DNA from: Roseibacillus sp.
Lineage (GTDB): Bacteria; Verrucomicrobiota; Verrucomicrobiia; Verrucomicrobiales; Akkermansiaceae
NCBI GenBank assembly: GCA_965242925.1
Contig: CBDEUM010000014.1
Span: 224,001-288,000 of the forward strand
Length of the DNA stretch: 64,000 bases
Direction: 5' to 3'
Part shown: positions 1 through 10,707 of the stretch, in pieces
Numbering within the stretch: the first letter of the stretch is position 1
How the letters are laid out: each line of letters starts with the position of its first letter
Made by a program: the position numbers and the translations under genes
Notes under the pieces: model-generated
What the model was told of the DNA's origin: nothing
Database searches by the model: none
What the model saw: the letters and a program-made list of their open reading frames with translations, nothing else

Positions 1-167
1 TCCTCCCTGCTGAGCGAGTTTGCCAGACCCTCCAGATCGTAGCGGACCAGGAGAGGGCGCCCCTCTCGTGACAAGCCCTGCAGCACATCTGCTTCATAAC
101 GCTCGCCAGTCATCGAGCACTCGAGATGAGTCACGAAGGTCGGCCTTTCCGCAGTAATATTGTCCAT
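1..167 (-). CDS. thrC: Threonine synthase-like PLP enzyme, N-terminal part (runs off window start)
   Basis: Manual translation from ATG at 167: MDNITAERPTFVTHLECSMTGERYEADVLQGLSREGRPLLVRYDLEG..., matching the N-terminus of a threonine synthase subfamily. Not in the ORF track. Confidence 0.7.
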   Translation of the reverse strand, partial: MDNITAERPTFVTHLECSMTGERYEADVLQGLSREGRPLLVRYDLEGLANSLSRE

Positions 168-275
168 CCCGGCCATTCTCTTCCGCTCCTCTGTCCGGCA
201 AAGCCGAAAGCCCCGTTTCTCGACTTTTCCTTGACCCCGGCCTCCTCCGCGGCACGTTCTCTTGGCCCTGAAACC

Positions 276-1709
276 ATGTTCACCCCCCGTTCGACATCCC
301 GGCTCTCCTGGAACCTGCTGGCGATTGTCCTGACCCTTTCCCTCGGCGGGCCAGTGAACGCCCAGCTTATTCAAATCCGGGGCAACGACCGGGTCATCAG
401 CAATGGAGACACCACCCCCAGCGGTGACGATCACACCTCCTTTGGCCAGGTTCTTGCCGACTCCGGACCCGTTGACCGCGAGTTCACCATCCGCAACCTC
501 AGCAGCACACCGCTGCAGATCCTCTTCTTCCAACGCACCGGGCAACACCCCGGCAATTTCACAGTGATCGACCCCCCCGACCTGACCATTCCAGGGAACG
601 GGAATTCCTCCATGACAATCCGTTTCCTGCCACCCGCCGCAAGCGGACTGCGCACTGCCACCATTCGCCTCGTAAGCTCCTCCGTCGTAAACGGCGACTT
701 CCGGTTCGACGTCGCGGGCGAACTGATTTTCCCCTCCCCCAACATCGTGATCTCCGGCAACGGAGTCGTGATTCCGGACGGATTTTCCTCTCCCGTCGTG
801 GGAAACAACACGAATTTCGAAACCCTCGACCTCGACGGCAACCCCCTCACCCGCACCTTCATCATAAGCAACACCGGAGAGCAGGACCTCCGCATCCGTA
901 GCGTCGACGTGGTCGGGATCAACAGTGACCAGTTCTCCATCAGCAGGAACCCCGACACTTTTATCGGACCGGACAGCGAGAGCACCTTCGAGGTTACCTT
1001 CAATCCGACCCGGGAAGGGGCGCACCGGGTCACCGTGCAGATCAACAGTAACGACCCCACCCCGACCGAAAGGATCTACAGCTTCTCCTTGCGTGGCACG
1101 GGACAATCCCTCAGTCCCCGACTCGTTCTCAGCGGAAACGGAATCGATATCACTCCCGACGATGAGACTCCCGGACCGGAGGATCACACCCGGTTCCCCG
1201 ATACCGATCTGCTGTCCGCCTCGACCCGCACCTTCACCGTGCGCAACCCAGGCAACGGCCCGCTCCTGATTGACGCCGTTGAATTCCTTGGTTCCCATGC
1301 GGCCGAGTTCACCGTGACGCAGCCCCCCTCCTCCCCGCTTGAACCGGAAACGGTGTCCAGCCTTCAGATCACTTTTCGACCCATGGTGCAGGGACCCCGG
1401 ACCGCCACTCTGCGCATCACAAGCAACGACCCCGCTCAACCCGTCTACGAAGTCGACCTGGAAGGCATCGGGGGACGCTTCAAGCTCCTTGGAATCGAGC
1501 GGGACGACAACGACGCCCTCATCAATTTCAGCACCACCTCCTCCCCGGGAACATACATCTACCGCATCTTCCACTCCACCGACATGGAGGAATGGGAATC
1601 CGTCGGATCGATTTTCTCCAATGGCAGGGAGACCCTGCAATTCCGCCACCGTAACAGCACCGGAAGCGCCAAGGCGTTCTGGTATGTGGAAGAATCGCGC
1701 TTCGAGTAG
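276..1709 (+). CDS. Secreted protein with three ASH/Ig-like (choice-of-anchor D type) repeats and a short C-terminal beta domain
   Basis: Signal peptide after Met at 276. Three repeats of the pattern IxIxGN...TxF...RxFTIxNxG..L.I...F.P...G.R.AT..I.SND. Confidence 0.75.
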   Translation: MFTPRSTSRLSWNLLAIVLTLSLGGPVNAQLIQIRGNDRVISNGDTTPSGDDHTSFGQVLADSGPVDREFTIRNLSSTPLQILFFQRTGQHPGNFTVIDPPDLTIPGNGNSSMTIRFLPPAASGLRTATIRLVSSSVVNGDFRFDVAGELIFPSPNIVISGNGVVIPDGFSSPVVGNNTNFETLDLDGNPLTRTFIISNTGEQDLRIRSVDVVGINSDQFSISRNPDTFIGPDSESTFEVTFNPTREGAHRVTVQINSNDPTPTERIYSFSLRGTGQSLSPRLVLSGNGIDITPDDETPGPEDHTRFPDTDLLSASTRTFTVRNPGNGPLLIDAVEFLGSHAAEFTVTQPPSSPLEPETVSSLQITFRPMVQGPRTATLRITSNDPAQPVYEVDLEGIGGRFKLLGIERDDNDALINFSTTSSPGTYIYRIFHSTDMEEWESVGSIFSNGRETLQFRHRNSTGSAKAFWYVEESRFE

Positions 1710-1712
1710 TCA

Positions 1713-2495
1713 TCACCCTTCCGGTCCGATCAAGTCGACCACGCCCTCCAGGAAACGGATGTGGCACTGCACGCGCCGGTAAAGCGAGTATTCCGAGGGG
1801 GTCTCGAAGGTCAGCGCGCTACGAGCACCGTTGAGAAACAGGTGGATCGACTCCGGCATCCCTCCGAGCTCCCTCACGATCTTCATCAGACCGCGGGTGC
1901 GCCGCATCACTCCGCTCTTCGGAATCATTCCCTCCACTCGTCCCCGGTGGCGGGGGATGATCTCCTCCACCCGTTCAAGCAGATCCTCCCCCAGACTCTT
2001 TCCCTGGCGGACTAATTCGTAGACGTAGGTCCCGTTGGCATCGAAATCCTCATGGAGACTGACCGCGACTGCGAAATCCCGCTCCGAGATGAAATCGAGA
2101 ATGGCCCCGATGATCGGGATCCCGGGACAATCGAAAGAGCGGTTCAAGTCCCTTCCCTCGGCGTCTTCCCGCCTGTTGTTGCTCAACCCCCACGGATTGA
2201 GGCAGGGGAAGATGACCACCGGTCGCTCACGCAGCGATTGCAGGTTGTTTTCCGCCCATTGCAGGAGCCCCTGCACCGCTGCAGGCTCATCACCGTGAAT
2301 TCCCGCACTCAGGTAGAGTCCGTTGCCCTGGACGGGGTGACGGTTGCGCAACCCGATGACGGGATCGCCCCCTCCTCCCAGTAGTCTGACAATCTGGAGA
2401 TCCGCTTTCCGGGCAACCGAGCGCCAGCTCCTCAGAAGTTGGCCCGCATCATGACTGCGGTGAGCGGCAAGGTAGGCACGTTCATCGGAATCCAC
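1713..2495 (-). CDS. M14 family / succinylglutamate desuccinylase-aspartoacylase-type zinc hydrolase
   Basis: Motifs AGIHGDEPA, NPWG, DLNRSF, SLHED, TFETPS. Start (GTG 2495) is inferred. Confidence 0.85.
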   Translation of the reverse strand: MDSDERAYLAAHRSHDAGQLLRSWRSVARKADLQIVRLLGGGGDPVIGLRNRHPVQGNGLYLSAGIHGDEPAAVQGLLQWAENNLQSLRERPVVIFPCLNPWGLSNNRREDAEGRDLNRSFDCPGIPIIGAILDFISERDFAVAVSLHEDFDANGTYVYELVRQGKSLGEDLLERVEEIIPRHRGRVEGMIPKSGVMRRTRGLMKIVRELGGMPESIHLFLNGARSALTFETPSEYSLYRRVQCHIRFLEGVVDLIGPEG

Positions 2496-2603
2496 ATTCC
2501 TCGCTTCGCACAAGGCGACAACAACGTCGATCCCTATGGCAGGAAAAAGCGCCTCGCCGCGTAGCGGTGCAGCAATTATAAATCCGGCTCTACTCGCCCC
2601 ATC

Positions 2604-4880
2604 ATGATCATCACCCAACCAGCCTTCCTCTTCTCCCTGGTCACAGCCTTCCTTCTCCTCTCAGGTAGCCACCTGCTTCAGGCTCAGAAAAACAAGATCC
2701 AGGAGGAGAAGAAGCCGTGGTGGGATGCCCCCCAGCCGCGCTTCTCGAGATCGGAACTCGGCGACGTCTTCACCGGGACAATCGACATGCGGGGGGACGC
2801 AAAGGTCAGGGATCGCACCATCTACAAGGCAATCGCAGTCCGGCTAGGGGAGGGTGGCAAGGCAGGCACGGTCCTCTTTGACACCGAGATGATGCGCATG
2901 GCCTGCGCCGTTCCCGATAAACCGGTCATGTTCAATACCTACCGCGACGGACTGGGCGGAGCCGGGCACTGGATTGGTTCGCCCTATCTCTTCACTACCG
3001 AAAGTGGACCGGCCTGGGCCGATGAAGGCGGGAACTTCCAGGATGTGCGCAAGGGGAAGAAGGCTGGTCCGTTGCCCCGGGCATGGGCTCAATATCGCGG
3101 ACTCTACCGACATGACGAACGGGTGGTTTTTTCCTACCGCATCAATGGGACGGGCATCCTCGACATGCCCTGGATCGAGGAAATCGATGGAATCAGGCTC
3201 TTCACCCGGACCCTGGAAGTGGAGCCCTCCAAGGTCATGCTCGTCCTGCGACTCTGCCAGAACCGGACCACCCCGGGTTCCCTCACCACCGTGCTCCCCT
3301 GCCGCGGGACCAGCCCCGCCGTGGAAGTAGCCGAAAAGGACGGTCACTGGCACCTCGGGATTAAACCCCGCAAGGAAACCATCCGTCTCAAGCTGGTGAT
3401 TGGATCCATCCCTCTCGACCAGTCCGGGAAAATCGCAGCCACCGTCAAGAAAGTGGCTCCGGCTGAGGATCTCTCGCGTTCCACCGGGGGTGGACCACCC
3501 CGGCATCCCAAGACCCTGGTAACCCGGGGATCGGTCGGCCAGGAGAAGGGTCCCTACGTTCTCGATACCATCACTCCGCCTTTCGAAAACCCGGACAAGA
3601 TTCTCTTTCGATTTGGGGGACACGACTTTTTCTCCAACGGTGACATCGCGACCTGCACCATCGACGGGGATGTATGGCGCGTATCGGGCATTGATGACAA
3701 ACTTCTCAAGGTTGAATGGCGCCGCTACGCCACCGGCCTCTTCCAGCCGCTCGGACTCAAGGTGGTCGAGGACAAGGTCTACGTTCTCGGACGCGACCAG
3801 ATCACCCGCCTCCACGATCTCAACAAGGACGGTGAAGCAGACTTTTACGAGTGTTTCAACAACGAGTGCCGCATCGGGAAACACGTGCACGAGTACGCCA
3901 CCGGCCTCGAGACCGATCCCTCGGGAAACTTCTATTTCGTGAAGGGGCATGGTGCCAACAACGAGCACGCAGGCACCCTGCTCAAGGTCTCACGGGACGG
4001 ATCGCAGATCGAGGTGGTAGCCACTGGATTCCGCTGGCCCAACGGGTCCGGCGCAGGACCGAACGGAGAGCTCACGGTGGCCGATCAGCAGGGCACATGG
4101 GTCCCCTCCTCGCGCTTGGACCTGGTCAGGAAGGACGGATTCTACGGCTTCATGAACGCTCATCACCGGGCGGAGAAACCCACCACCTACGATGGCCCTC
4201 TCTGCTGGATCCCCCACAAGGTGGACAATTCCTGCGGAGGGCAGACCTGGAATACCTCCAGCAAGTGGGGGCCCTTCAAGGGCCACATGGTCCATTGTTC
4301 CTATGGAAAGTGCACCCTCTTCCTGGTCCTCCAGGAAAATGTCGGGGGCGTGGACCAGGCCGGCCTCTATCAGTTTCCCTTCAAGTTCCAGTCAGGGGGA
4401 ATGCGGGCCCGTTTCAGCCCTCACGACGGTCAACTCTACGTGAGTGGACTGAAAGGCTGGCAGACCAGCGGAGCCAAGGATGGATGCCTGCAGCGCGTGC
4501 GCTACACCGGTGCCGCCGTGGCCATGCCCAAAAGCCTGAACATTCACAAGAATGGGATCCGGATTGGTTTCACGCAGAAAGTCGACAGGGAACTGGCCGA
4601 GGACCTCGACAGCTGGCAGCTCGAGCAGTGGAACTACCGATGGACCAGTAAGTATGGCTCCAAGGAATACAAGGTCTCCAATCCCGACCAAGTCGGACAC
4701 GATAAGGTTGAAGTCACCTCCGCCAAACTGCTGCCCAACGGCACGGAGGTCTATCTTGAGATTCCCAACCTCGCACCCGTCATGCAGATGAAGATTCGCT
4801 TTGATCTCGAAACCACTGACGGGGAGGAAATGATTGGAGACCTGCACAATACCATCCACGTCTTGGGACCCGCATTGTAG
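2604..4880 (+). CDS. Secreted PVC-type beta-propeller protein (DUF6797-like N-terminus, sorbosone dehydrogenase-like propeller)
   Basis: Signal peptide; GLFQPLGL, DLNKDGEADFYE, ATGFRWPNG, DGQLYVSGLKGWQ motifs typical of this PVC family. No CxxCH seen. Confidence 0.65.
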   Translation: MIITQPAFLFSLVTAFLLLSGSHLLQAQKNKIQEEKKPWWDAPQPRFSRSELGDVFTGTIDMRGDAKVRDRTIYKAIAVRLGEGGKAGTVLFDTEMMRMACAVPDKPVMFNTYRDGLGGAGHWIGSPYLFTTESGPAWADEGGNFQDVRKGKKAGPLPRAWAQYRGLYRHDERVVFSYRINGTGILDMPWIEEIDGIRLFTRTLEVEPSKVMLVLRLCQNRTTPGSLTTVLPCRGTSPAVEVAEKDGHWHLGIKPRKETIRLKLVIGSIPLDQSGKIAATVKKVAPAEDLSRSTGGGPPRHPKTLVTRGSVGQEKGPYVLDTITPPFENPDKILFRFGGHDFFSNGDIATCTIDGDVWRVSGIDDKLLKVEWRRYATGLFQPLGLKVVEDKVYVLGRDQITRLHDLNKDGEADFYECFNNECRIGKHVHEYATGLETDPSGNFYFVKGHGANNEHAGTLLKVSRDGSQIEVVATGFRWPNGSGAGPNGELTVADQQGTWVPSSRLDLVRKDGFYGFMNAHHRAEKPTTYDGPLCWIPHKVDNSCGGQTWNTSSKWGPFKGHMVHCSYGKCTLFLVLQENVGGVDQAGLYQFPFKFQSGGMRARFSPHDGQLYVSGLKGWQTSGAKDGCLQRVRYTGAAVAMPKSLNIHKNGIRIGFTQKVDRELAEDLDSWQLEQWNYRWTSKYGSKEYKVSNPDQVGHDKVEVTSAKLLPNGTEVYLEIPNLAPVMQMKIRFDLETTDGEEMIGDLHNTIHVLGPAL

Positions 4881-4898
4881 GGCTGCGCCTCGCCTGCC

Positions 4899-5909
4899 CT
4901 ACAATACTTCCGCGATCACCTCCACGGCCCGGTCCACGTCCTCCGCGGACACATCGAGGTGGGTAACCAACCTCATCGGATTCCCGGGATACACCAGGAT
5001 CCTCCGCTTGCGCAAGGAATTGACAATCCTCTCCACCGCGATCTCCGGAAACCTGGCATACACCATGTTGGTCTGCACCTGATCCGGATCGGCCTGGCAG
5101 CCCTCGATATCCACCAGTCCCTCAGCCAGACGTTGCGCGTTGGCATGATCATCGGCCAAACGTTCCACATGATGCTCCAGGACATAGATTCCCGCTGCCG
5201 CCAGCAGACCCGATTGCCGCATCCCTCCGCCCACCACCTTGCGCCAGCGCCGGGCCTCGGTGATAAAATCAGCTGACCCCGTAAGCACGGAGCCCACCGG
5301 GGCACCCAGCCCCTTGGAGAGGCAAATCGAAACACTGTCAAAGGGTGCCGCCAGTTCGGCGGCCGGACGGCCGGACTTGACCGCTGCGTTGAAGAGCCGG
5401 GCCCCATCCAGGTGCAGACACAGGCCGTGCCTGTCCACCAATGCGCGCGCGTCCTCCTCATGCCCTGCCGGCAGGACCCGCCCATTGGTGGTGTTCTCCA
5501 AGCACAACAACCGCGTGCGGGCGAAGTGATAGTCATCCGGCTTGATGAGGCGCTCCACTTTCTCGAGATCGAGCCTGCCATCTTCCTCCAGATCGAGGGG
5601 TTGCGGTTGAATCCCGCCCAAGGCGGCTGCGCCACCTCCCTCGTAAATGTAGGTGTGGGCTTGCTGTCCCACGATATACTCGTCTCCCCGGCCACAATGA
5701 GTGAGCAAGGCGCAAAGATTGCTCTGTGTTCCGCTCGAGACAAAGAGCCCCGCTTCCTTGCCCAGCATCCCGGCAGCCAGTTCCTCCAGCCGATCCACGG
5801 TGGGATCGTCCCGGAAGACATCGTCTCCCACCTCGGCCTCCGCCATCACGCGCCGCATCTCCGGTCCCGGCCGGGTCACCGTGTCACTTCGCAGGTCGAT
5901 CACGCTCAT
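4899..5909 (-). CDS. ltaE: Low-specificity L-threonine aldolase
   Basis: [42 protein letters not shown] (PLP lysine), GGGMRQ. Confidence 0.95.
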   Translation of the reverse strand: MSVIDLRSDTVTRPGPEMRRVMAEAEVGDDVFRDDPTVDRLEELAAGMLGKEAGLFVSSGTQSNLCALLTHCGRGDEYIVGQQAHTYIYEGGGAAALGGIQPQPLDLEEDGRLDLEKVERLIKPDDYHFARTRLLCLENTTNGRVLPAGHEEDARALVDRHGLCLHLDGARLFNAAVKSGRPAAELAAPFDSVSICLSKGLGAPVGSVLTGSADFITEARRWRKVVGGGMRQSGLLAAAGIYVLEHHVERLADDHANAQRLAEGLVDIEGCQADPDQVQTNMVYARFPEIAVERIVNSLRKRRILVYPGNPMRLVTHLDVSAEDVDRAVEVIAEVL

Positions 5910-6023
5910 GATGCCGAGTGCTTAGAGAGAAGGGAACGCAAGCACAAGCTTCACCCCACAGACCCGCGTTCCGGGGATTGCCTCCAGCGCCGTTCCTGCC
6001 TAAAGAAAGCCCTGCCTGTCGAG

Positions 6024-8822
6024 ATGTCCCGTTTCCTGCCATTACTGCTTACGCTCCTGCTGAGCCCGTCGACGTTCTCGCAGGAGATCCAGTTCAATCG
6101 CGATATCCGGCCCATCCTCTCCAACAAGTGCTTCCTCTGCCACGGACCAGATGAGAAGAAGCGCAAGGCGGACCTGCGGCTTGACCTCCGTACGGGAGCG
6201 GTCGCGGACCTGGGCGGTTATGCCGCCATCGTTCCAGGAAAACCCGGGGAAAGCGAACTACTGGCGCGGATTGCGCACGACGATCCAGACGAGATCATGC
6301 CACCGCCCAAAGCCAAGCGGGGACAACTTACTGCAAGTGAAATTGCTCTCGTCCACCGCTGGATCGAACAAGGCGCTCCCTACCAGGGGCACTGGGCCTT
6401 CGAACCGGTCGCAAATGTGACGGTGCCCGATTCGTGGCAGGGCAATCCCATCGACTACTTTATCGAGCAGCGGCTGAAGAAGGCGGGGGTCATGCCCAGT
6501 GCGCCCACCGACTCCGAAACGCTCCTGCGCCGCCTCTCCCTCGACCTCACCGGCTTATTACCAAGCCTGGAAGAACAACAGACCTTTTCGGAGGCGAGTT
6601 TCGAGGCCACCGTCGACCGCCTGCTGGCCTCCCCTCACTTCGGCGAACGCTGGGGCCGCCACTGGCTCGACCAGGCGCGCTACGCGGATTCTCACGGTTA
6701 CTCTATCGATGGCGATCGCCAGATGTGGCCCTTCCGCGACTGGGTGATCAAGGCCCTCAACGACGACTTGCCCTTCGACCAGTTCACTATCGCGCAACTC
6801 GCGGGCGACCTTCTACCCAACCGCACCAAGGCGCAGCACGTCGCCTCCGCCTTCCACCGCAACACCCTCATCAACCAGGAAGGCGGATCCGATCGCGAAC
6901 AGTTCCGCGTCGAGTCCGTCATTGACCGGGTCAACACCACAGGGGCGGTCTGGCTGGGTCTCACCGTCGGTTGCGCACAGTGCCACACCCACAAGTTCGA
7001 CCCCATCACGCAGCGCGAGTATTACCAGCTCTTCGCCTTTTTCAACAACACCGAGGACGCCAACAGCACCGGCGCCACCGTTGAGGTGGAGGAGCACGAG
7101 ATCCTGGACAATGCCCCTGAGCCACCACCCGCCAAAACTTTCCCGTCCGCCAAGGCCAAGTGGAACCCGGTGCGCTACCAGGATCCTGTCACGAGCTCCG
7201 GGAAGCCGCTGCACGTGCAGAAGGACAACTCACTCCTGGTCGACAAGGCCGCCGGCATGAACGACTCCTACCATGTGCGGGCGGCGACCTACCTCGACCG
7301 CGTGGCCGCCCTGCGCCTCCGCGTGTTGCCGGACAAATCTCTCCCCCGGGACGGACCGGGCACTGCCAGCAACGGCAATTTCGTTCTCACCAAATTTCGC
7401 ATCCAGGCACAGGGAAAACCGATCGAGATAAGTCAAGCCTTCGCCGATCACGAACAGCCAGGCTATCCCATCGCAGGCACGTTGGACCAGGATGGGAAGA
7501 CCGGTTGGGCCATCAACGTGGACGGGGGACAAAAGGCTGCCATGAACGCGCCTCACGAGGCTGTCTTTGTCTTCAAGGAACCGCTCGAAACGAAGGGCGA
7601 GCCCCTCGAAATCACGCTGGAGCACACCCTCAACGAGAACTACATGGTGGGCCGCTTCACAATCGAACTCTCCTCCTCGGTTCCGCTTGCACCGACTGTC
7701 AAGCCGGCGGCAATTCCCAAGCCGCGCAAAGGGAAAGTGATGGTCATGAAGGAACTTCCCAAGCCCCGGCCGACCTTCCTCCTCACCCGCGGCGACTTTA
7801 CCCGCCCCGATAAGGAGGCGGGCGAAATCGTCCCGGGCACCCTCTCGCAGGTGAACCCCACCCTTGCACAAGCCACCGGGCGCCCCACCCGGCTCGAGCT
7901 GGCCCGCTGGCTGGTCCACCCCGAGAATCCACTTACCCCACGCGTGACCGCCAACCGTATCTGGATGCGCTACTTTGGCCGAGGCCTAGTGGAAACGGAG
8001 GAGGACTTCGGAACTCAGGGGAGTCCCCCCAGTCACCCCGGGCTGCTCGACTATCTAAGCCACCACTTTGTGGAGGGGGGCTGGTCGATGAAGAAGCTCC
8101 ACCGCCTCATCGTCACCAGCAAAACCTACCAGCGCTCCTCCCATGCCCGGCCCGACCTGGGGGAAATCGACCCGGGCAACTATCTCCTGGCCCGCCAGAA
8201 CCGAATCCGGCTCGATGCCGAGGTTGTGCGCGACGCCGCCCTCTGCGCCAGCGGCCTGCTCACCCCAAAAATCGGTGGACCCGGCGTCTACCCGCCACAG
8301 CCCACAGGCATCTACGCCTTCACTCAGAGCAGGAAGAACTGGAAGACGAGCACGGGGGCAGACCGCTACCGGCGCGGCATGTACATCTTCTTCTACCGGA
8401 GCGCTCCCTATCCACTTTTGCAAACCTTCGATGCTCCCGACTTCCAGACCACCTGCACGCGGCGGGTAAACTCAAACACACCTCTCCAGGCCCTCACGGT
8501 GGCCAATGATCCCGCTTTCCTTGAACTTGCTCAGGGATTCGCCGAGCGGTTGCTGCGCGAATTGCCCTCCGCCAACATCGCGACCCGCATCGAGCGCGCC
8601 TATCAACTGGCTCTCGGCCGCGTTCCCAGCGAGACGGAACGGAAGCTCCTCGTCGACTACTTCGAAGCGCAGGCCGCCGACTTCGCCGGCGATGCCACCG
8701 CCGCGGGCAAATTGGCCACCGGCGCCATGAAGGCGGGACCGGAACCTTACGCCCGGGGCGCAGCCCTCGTGTGCGTGGTCCGCGTCATCCTCAACACCGA
8801 CAACTTCATCACGCGCGAATGA
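6024..8822 (+). CDS. Planctomycete cytochrome c + DUF1549 + DUF1553 protein
   Basis: Signal peptide; FNRDIRPILSNKCFLCHG, GERWGRHWLDQARYADS, CAQCHTHKFDP, PSHPGLLDYL, NTPLQAL. The ORF-track start at 5412 overlaps ltaE, so ATG 6024 is preferred. Confidence 0.9.
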   Translation: MSRFLPLLLTLLLSPSTFSQEIQFNRDIRPILSNKCFLCHGPDEKKRKADLRLDLRTGAVADLGGYAAIVPGKPGESELLARIAHDDPDEIMPPPKAKRGQLTASEIALVHRWIEQGAPYQGHWAFEPVANVTVPDSWQGNPIDYFIEQRLKKAGVMPSAPTDSETLLRRLSLDLTGLLPSLEEQQTFSEASFEATVDRLLASPHFGERWGRHWLDQARYADSHGYSIDGDRQMWPFRDWVIKALNDDLPFDQFTIAQLAGDLLPNRTKAQHVASAFHRNTLINQEGGSDREQFRVESVIDRVNTTGAVWLGLTVGCAQCHTHKFDPITQREYYQLFAFFNNTEDANSTGATVEVEEHEILDNAPEPPPAKTFPSAKAKWNPVRYQDPVTSSGKPLHVQKDNSLLVDKAAGMNDSYHVRAATYLDRVAALRLRVLPDKSLPRDGPGTASNGNFVLTKFRIQAQGKPIEISQAFADHEQPGYPIAGTLDQDGKTGWAINVDGGQKAAMNAPHEAVFVFKEPLETKGEPLEITLEHTLNENYMVGRFTIELSSSVPLAPTVKPAAIPKPRKGKVMVMKELPKPRPTFLLTRGDFTRPDKEAGEIVPGTLSQVNPTLAQATGRPTRLELARWLVHPENPLTPRVTANRIWMRYFGRGLVETEEDFGTQGSPPSHPGLLDYLSHHFVEGGWSMKKLHRLIVTSKTYQRSSHARPDLGEIDPGNYLLARQNRIRLDAEVVRDAALCASGLLTPKIGGPGVYPPQPTGIYAFTQSRKNWKTSTGADRYRRGMYIFFYRSAPYPLLQTFDAPDFQTTCTRRVNSNTPLQALTVANDPAFLELAQGFAERLLRELPSANIATRIERAYQLALGRVPSETERKLLVDYFEAQAADFAGDATAAGKLATGAMKAGPEPYARGAALVCVVRVILNTDNFITRE

Positions 8823-10276
8823 ACGTCCACAATCAGGAGCGCATCCAACATTGGCTCGCCGAGCGCACGCGCCGTCACTTCTTCCGCGACTGCGGAGTGG
8901 GACTGGGGACCATTGCCTTCAATTCCTTGCTCGGACAATTGCAGGCCCGTCACCTCCCGGCCATCGATCCCGCCCGGCCCATGGGCGCCCGCATTCCGCC
9001 CCTCCCGGCCAGGGCCAAAAACGTCATCTTCCTGCACATGGCTGGTGCACCCAGTCAACTCGAACTCTTCGAGGACAAACCAAAGCTGCGCGAGCTCCAC
9101 GGCAAGACGCCTCCCAAGAGCCTGATGGAGGGCAAGCGCTTCGCCTTCCTCAAGGGCAACGAAACGCTCCTCGGCAACTCGCGCCCCTTCGCGCGCTACG
9201 GACAGTGCGGGATGTCCCTGAGCGATCAGATCCCGCACCACCGTAAGATCGTGGACGAGGTGGTCTGGCTCCGTGGAATGACCACCGATGTCTTTAATCA
9301 CGGCCCGGCCAAGCTCTTCATGAATACCGGATTCCAGGCTCCGGGACGTCCGAGCATGGGCGCCTGGATCACCTACGGCCTGGGCAGCGAGAACGACAGT
9401 CTCCCCGGCTTCGTGGTTCTGCAGAGCGGTCCGCGAGGGCCACGCGCGGGCAATTCGCTCTGGGCCAGCGGGTTCCTCCCCACCTCCTTCCAGGGCGTCC
9501 CCTTCCGCGGCAAGGGCGACCCCATCCTCCACCTGCGCAGCCCGGAAGGAATGACCCGGAAGCGCGAGCGCAAGTTCTACGACGCGGTGGGAGCCCTCAA
9601 TCGCGCCCGCCTGGAGGAAACCGGCGACCCCGAAATTCTCACCCGCCTCAACGCCTACGAGATGGCCTATCGCATGCAGAGCAGCGCACCCGAGCTCATG
9701 GATCTGAACAAGGAGTCGCCGCACACTCTCGACCTCTACGGCGTGAAACCGGGCCAGCCATCCTATGCCTCCAATTGCCTCCTCGCCCGCCGCCTGGTGG
9801 AGCGCGGGGTGCGCTTCGTGCAGCTCTATCATACGAATTGGGATAGCCACGGCGGCCCAGGCGAGACCCTCACGGATGACTTTGAGAAAGTCTGCAAGTC
9901 AGCTGACCAGGCCAGCGCCGCCCTCGTCCTCGATCTCAAGGAACGCGGCATGCTCGACGACACCCTCGTCATCTGGGGCGGTGAATTCGGTCGCACCCCG
10001 ATGGGCGAAAATCGCAAGACCACCGGACGCGATCACCACATCGACGCCTTCACCATGTGGATGGCCGGAGCCGGACTGAAGAAGGGCTACATCCACGGCG
10101 AAACCGACGAGCTCGGCTTCGGCGTGGTAAACGGAAAAGTCCACGTCCACGACCTCCACGCCACTCTCTTGCATCTGCTAGGCTTCGATCACGAACAGCT
10201 CACCTACCGCTTCCAGGGGAGAGACTTCCGACTCACCGACGTACACGGCCGCGTGGTGAAGGAGATTCTGGCATAG
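8819..10276 (+). CDS. DUF1501 family protein with Tat signal
   Basis: TRRHFF twin-arginine motif; AKNVIFLHMAGAPSQLELF, CLLARRLVERGVRFVQ, WGGEFGRTP, RLTDVHG. ATGA overlap with the upstream DUF1553 gene. Confidence 0.92.
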   Translation: MNVHNQERIQHWLAERTRRHFFRDCGVGLGTIAFNSLLGQLQARHLPAIDPARPMGARIPPLPARAKNVIFLHMAGAPSQLELFEDKPKLRELHGKTPPKSLMEGKRFAFLKGNETLLGNSRPFARYGQCGMSLSDQIPHHRKIVDEVVWLRGMTTDVFNHGPAKLFMNTGFQAPGRPSMGAWITYGLGSENDSLPGFVVLQSGPRGPRAGNSLWASGFLPTSFQGVPFRGKGDPILHLRSPEGMTRKRERKFYDAVGALNRARLEETGDPEILTRLNAYEMAYRMQSSAPELMDLNKESPHTLDLYGVKPGQPSYASNCLLARRLVERGVRFVQLYHTNWDSHGGPGETLTDDFEKVCKSADQASAALVLDLKERGMLDDTLVIWGGEFGRTPMGENRKTTGRDHHIDAFTMWMAGAGLKKGYIHGETDELGFGVVNGKVHVHDLHATLLHLLGFDHEQLTYRFQGRDFRLTDVHGRVVKEILA

Positions 10277-10707
10277 ATCTCCCGGACAGGAGGATTGTCA
10301 CGCCCGAAGTCCCTTCCTGATGGTGATGTTTCAAGACGAGAGCTCCAGGGATATTCCAAGATCCTCTTTAATGCAGTGAGCTTTCTTCGAAGAAACAAGG
10401 CGGTTGGAAAAGGGGCACTTCCTCCTCCGCTAGAATTCCTCACTCCACGATAATCCGCCCAGGTGATCAGGAAGATGGTGGAGATCAAGGAGTGCCTGCG
10501 GAAAAGCTACGTGAGAGAACACGAGGGAAGAGACCCGTTTGCCTCTCCCCTGATGCATCCGGCCGGAATCCGGTTTCTGGATGACGAGAAGGAGCGCCCG
10601 ATCCTCTCTCCCTTCTTCCCCGATGAAGAAGGATCCGCAGCGCAGGCCCCCTCCTGAAATCGAGGATCCCCTTGCTTCGACTGTCAAGACCCCTGAAGAT
10701 CCGCCTC

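Noticed and set aside
1..5909. thrC-like gene and ltaE as a threonine metabolism cluster
   Set aside because: Separated by three unrelated genes in mixed orientation; proximity may be chance.
5412..6023. N-terminal extension of the DUF1553 ORF (likewise 42595-42903 and 49144-49353)
   Set aside because: Overlaps neighbouring genuine genes; signal peptides or family N-termini begin at the downstream ATGs.
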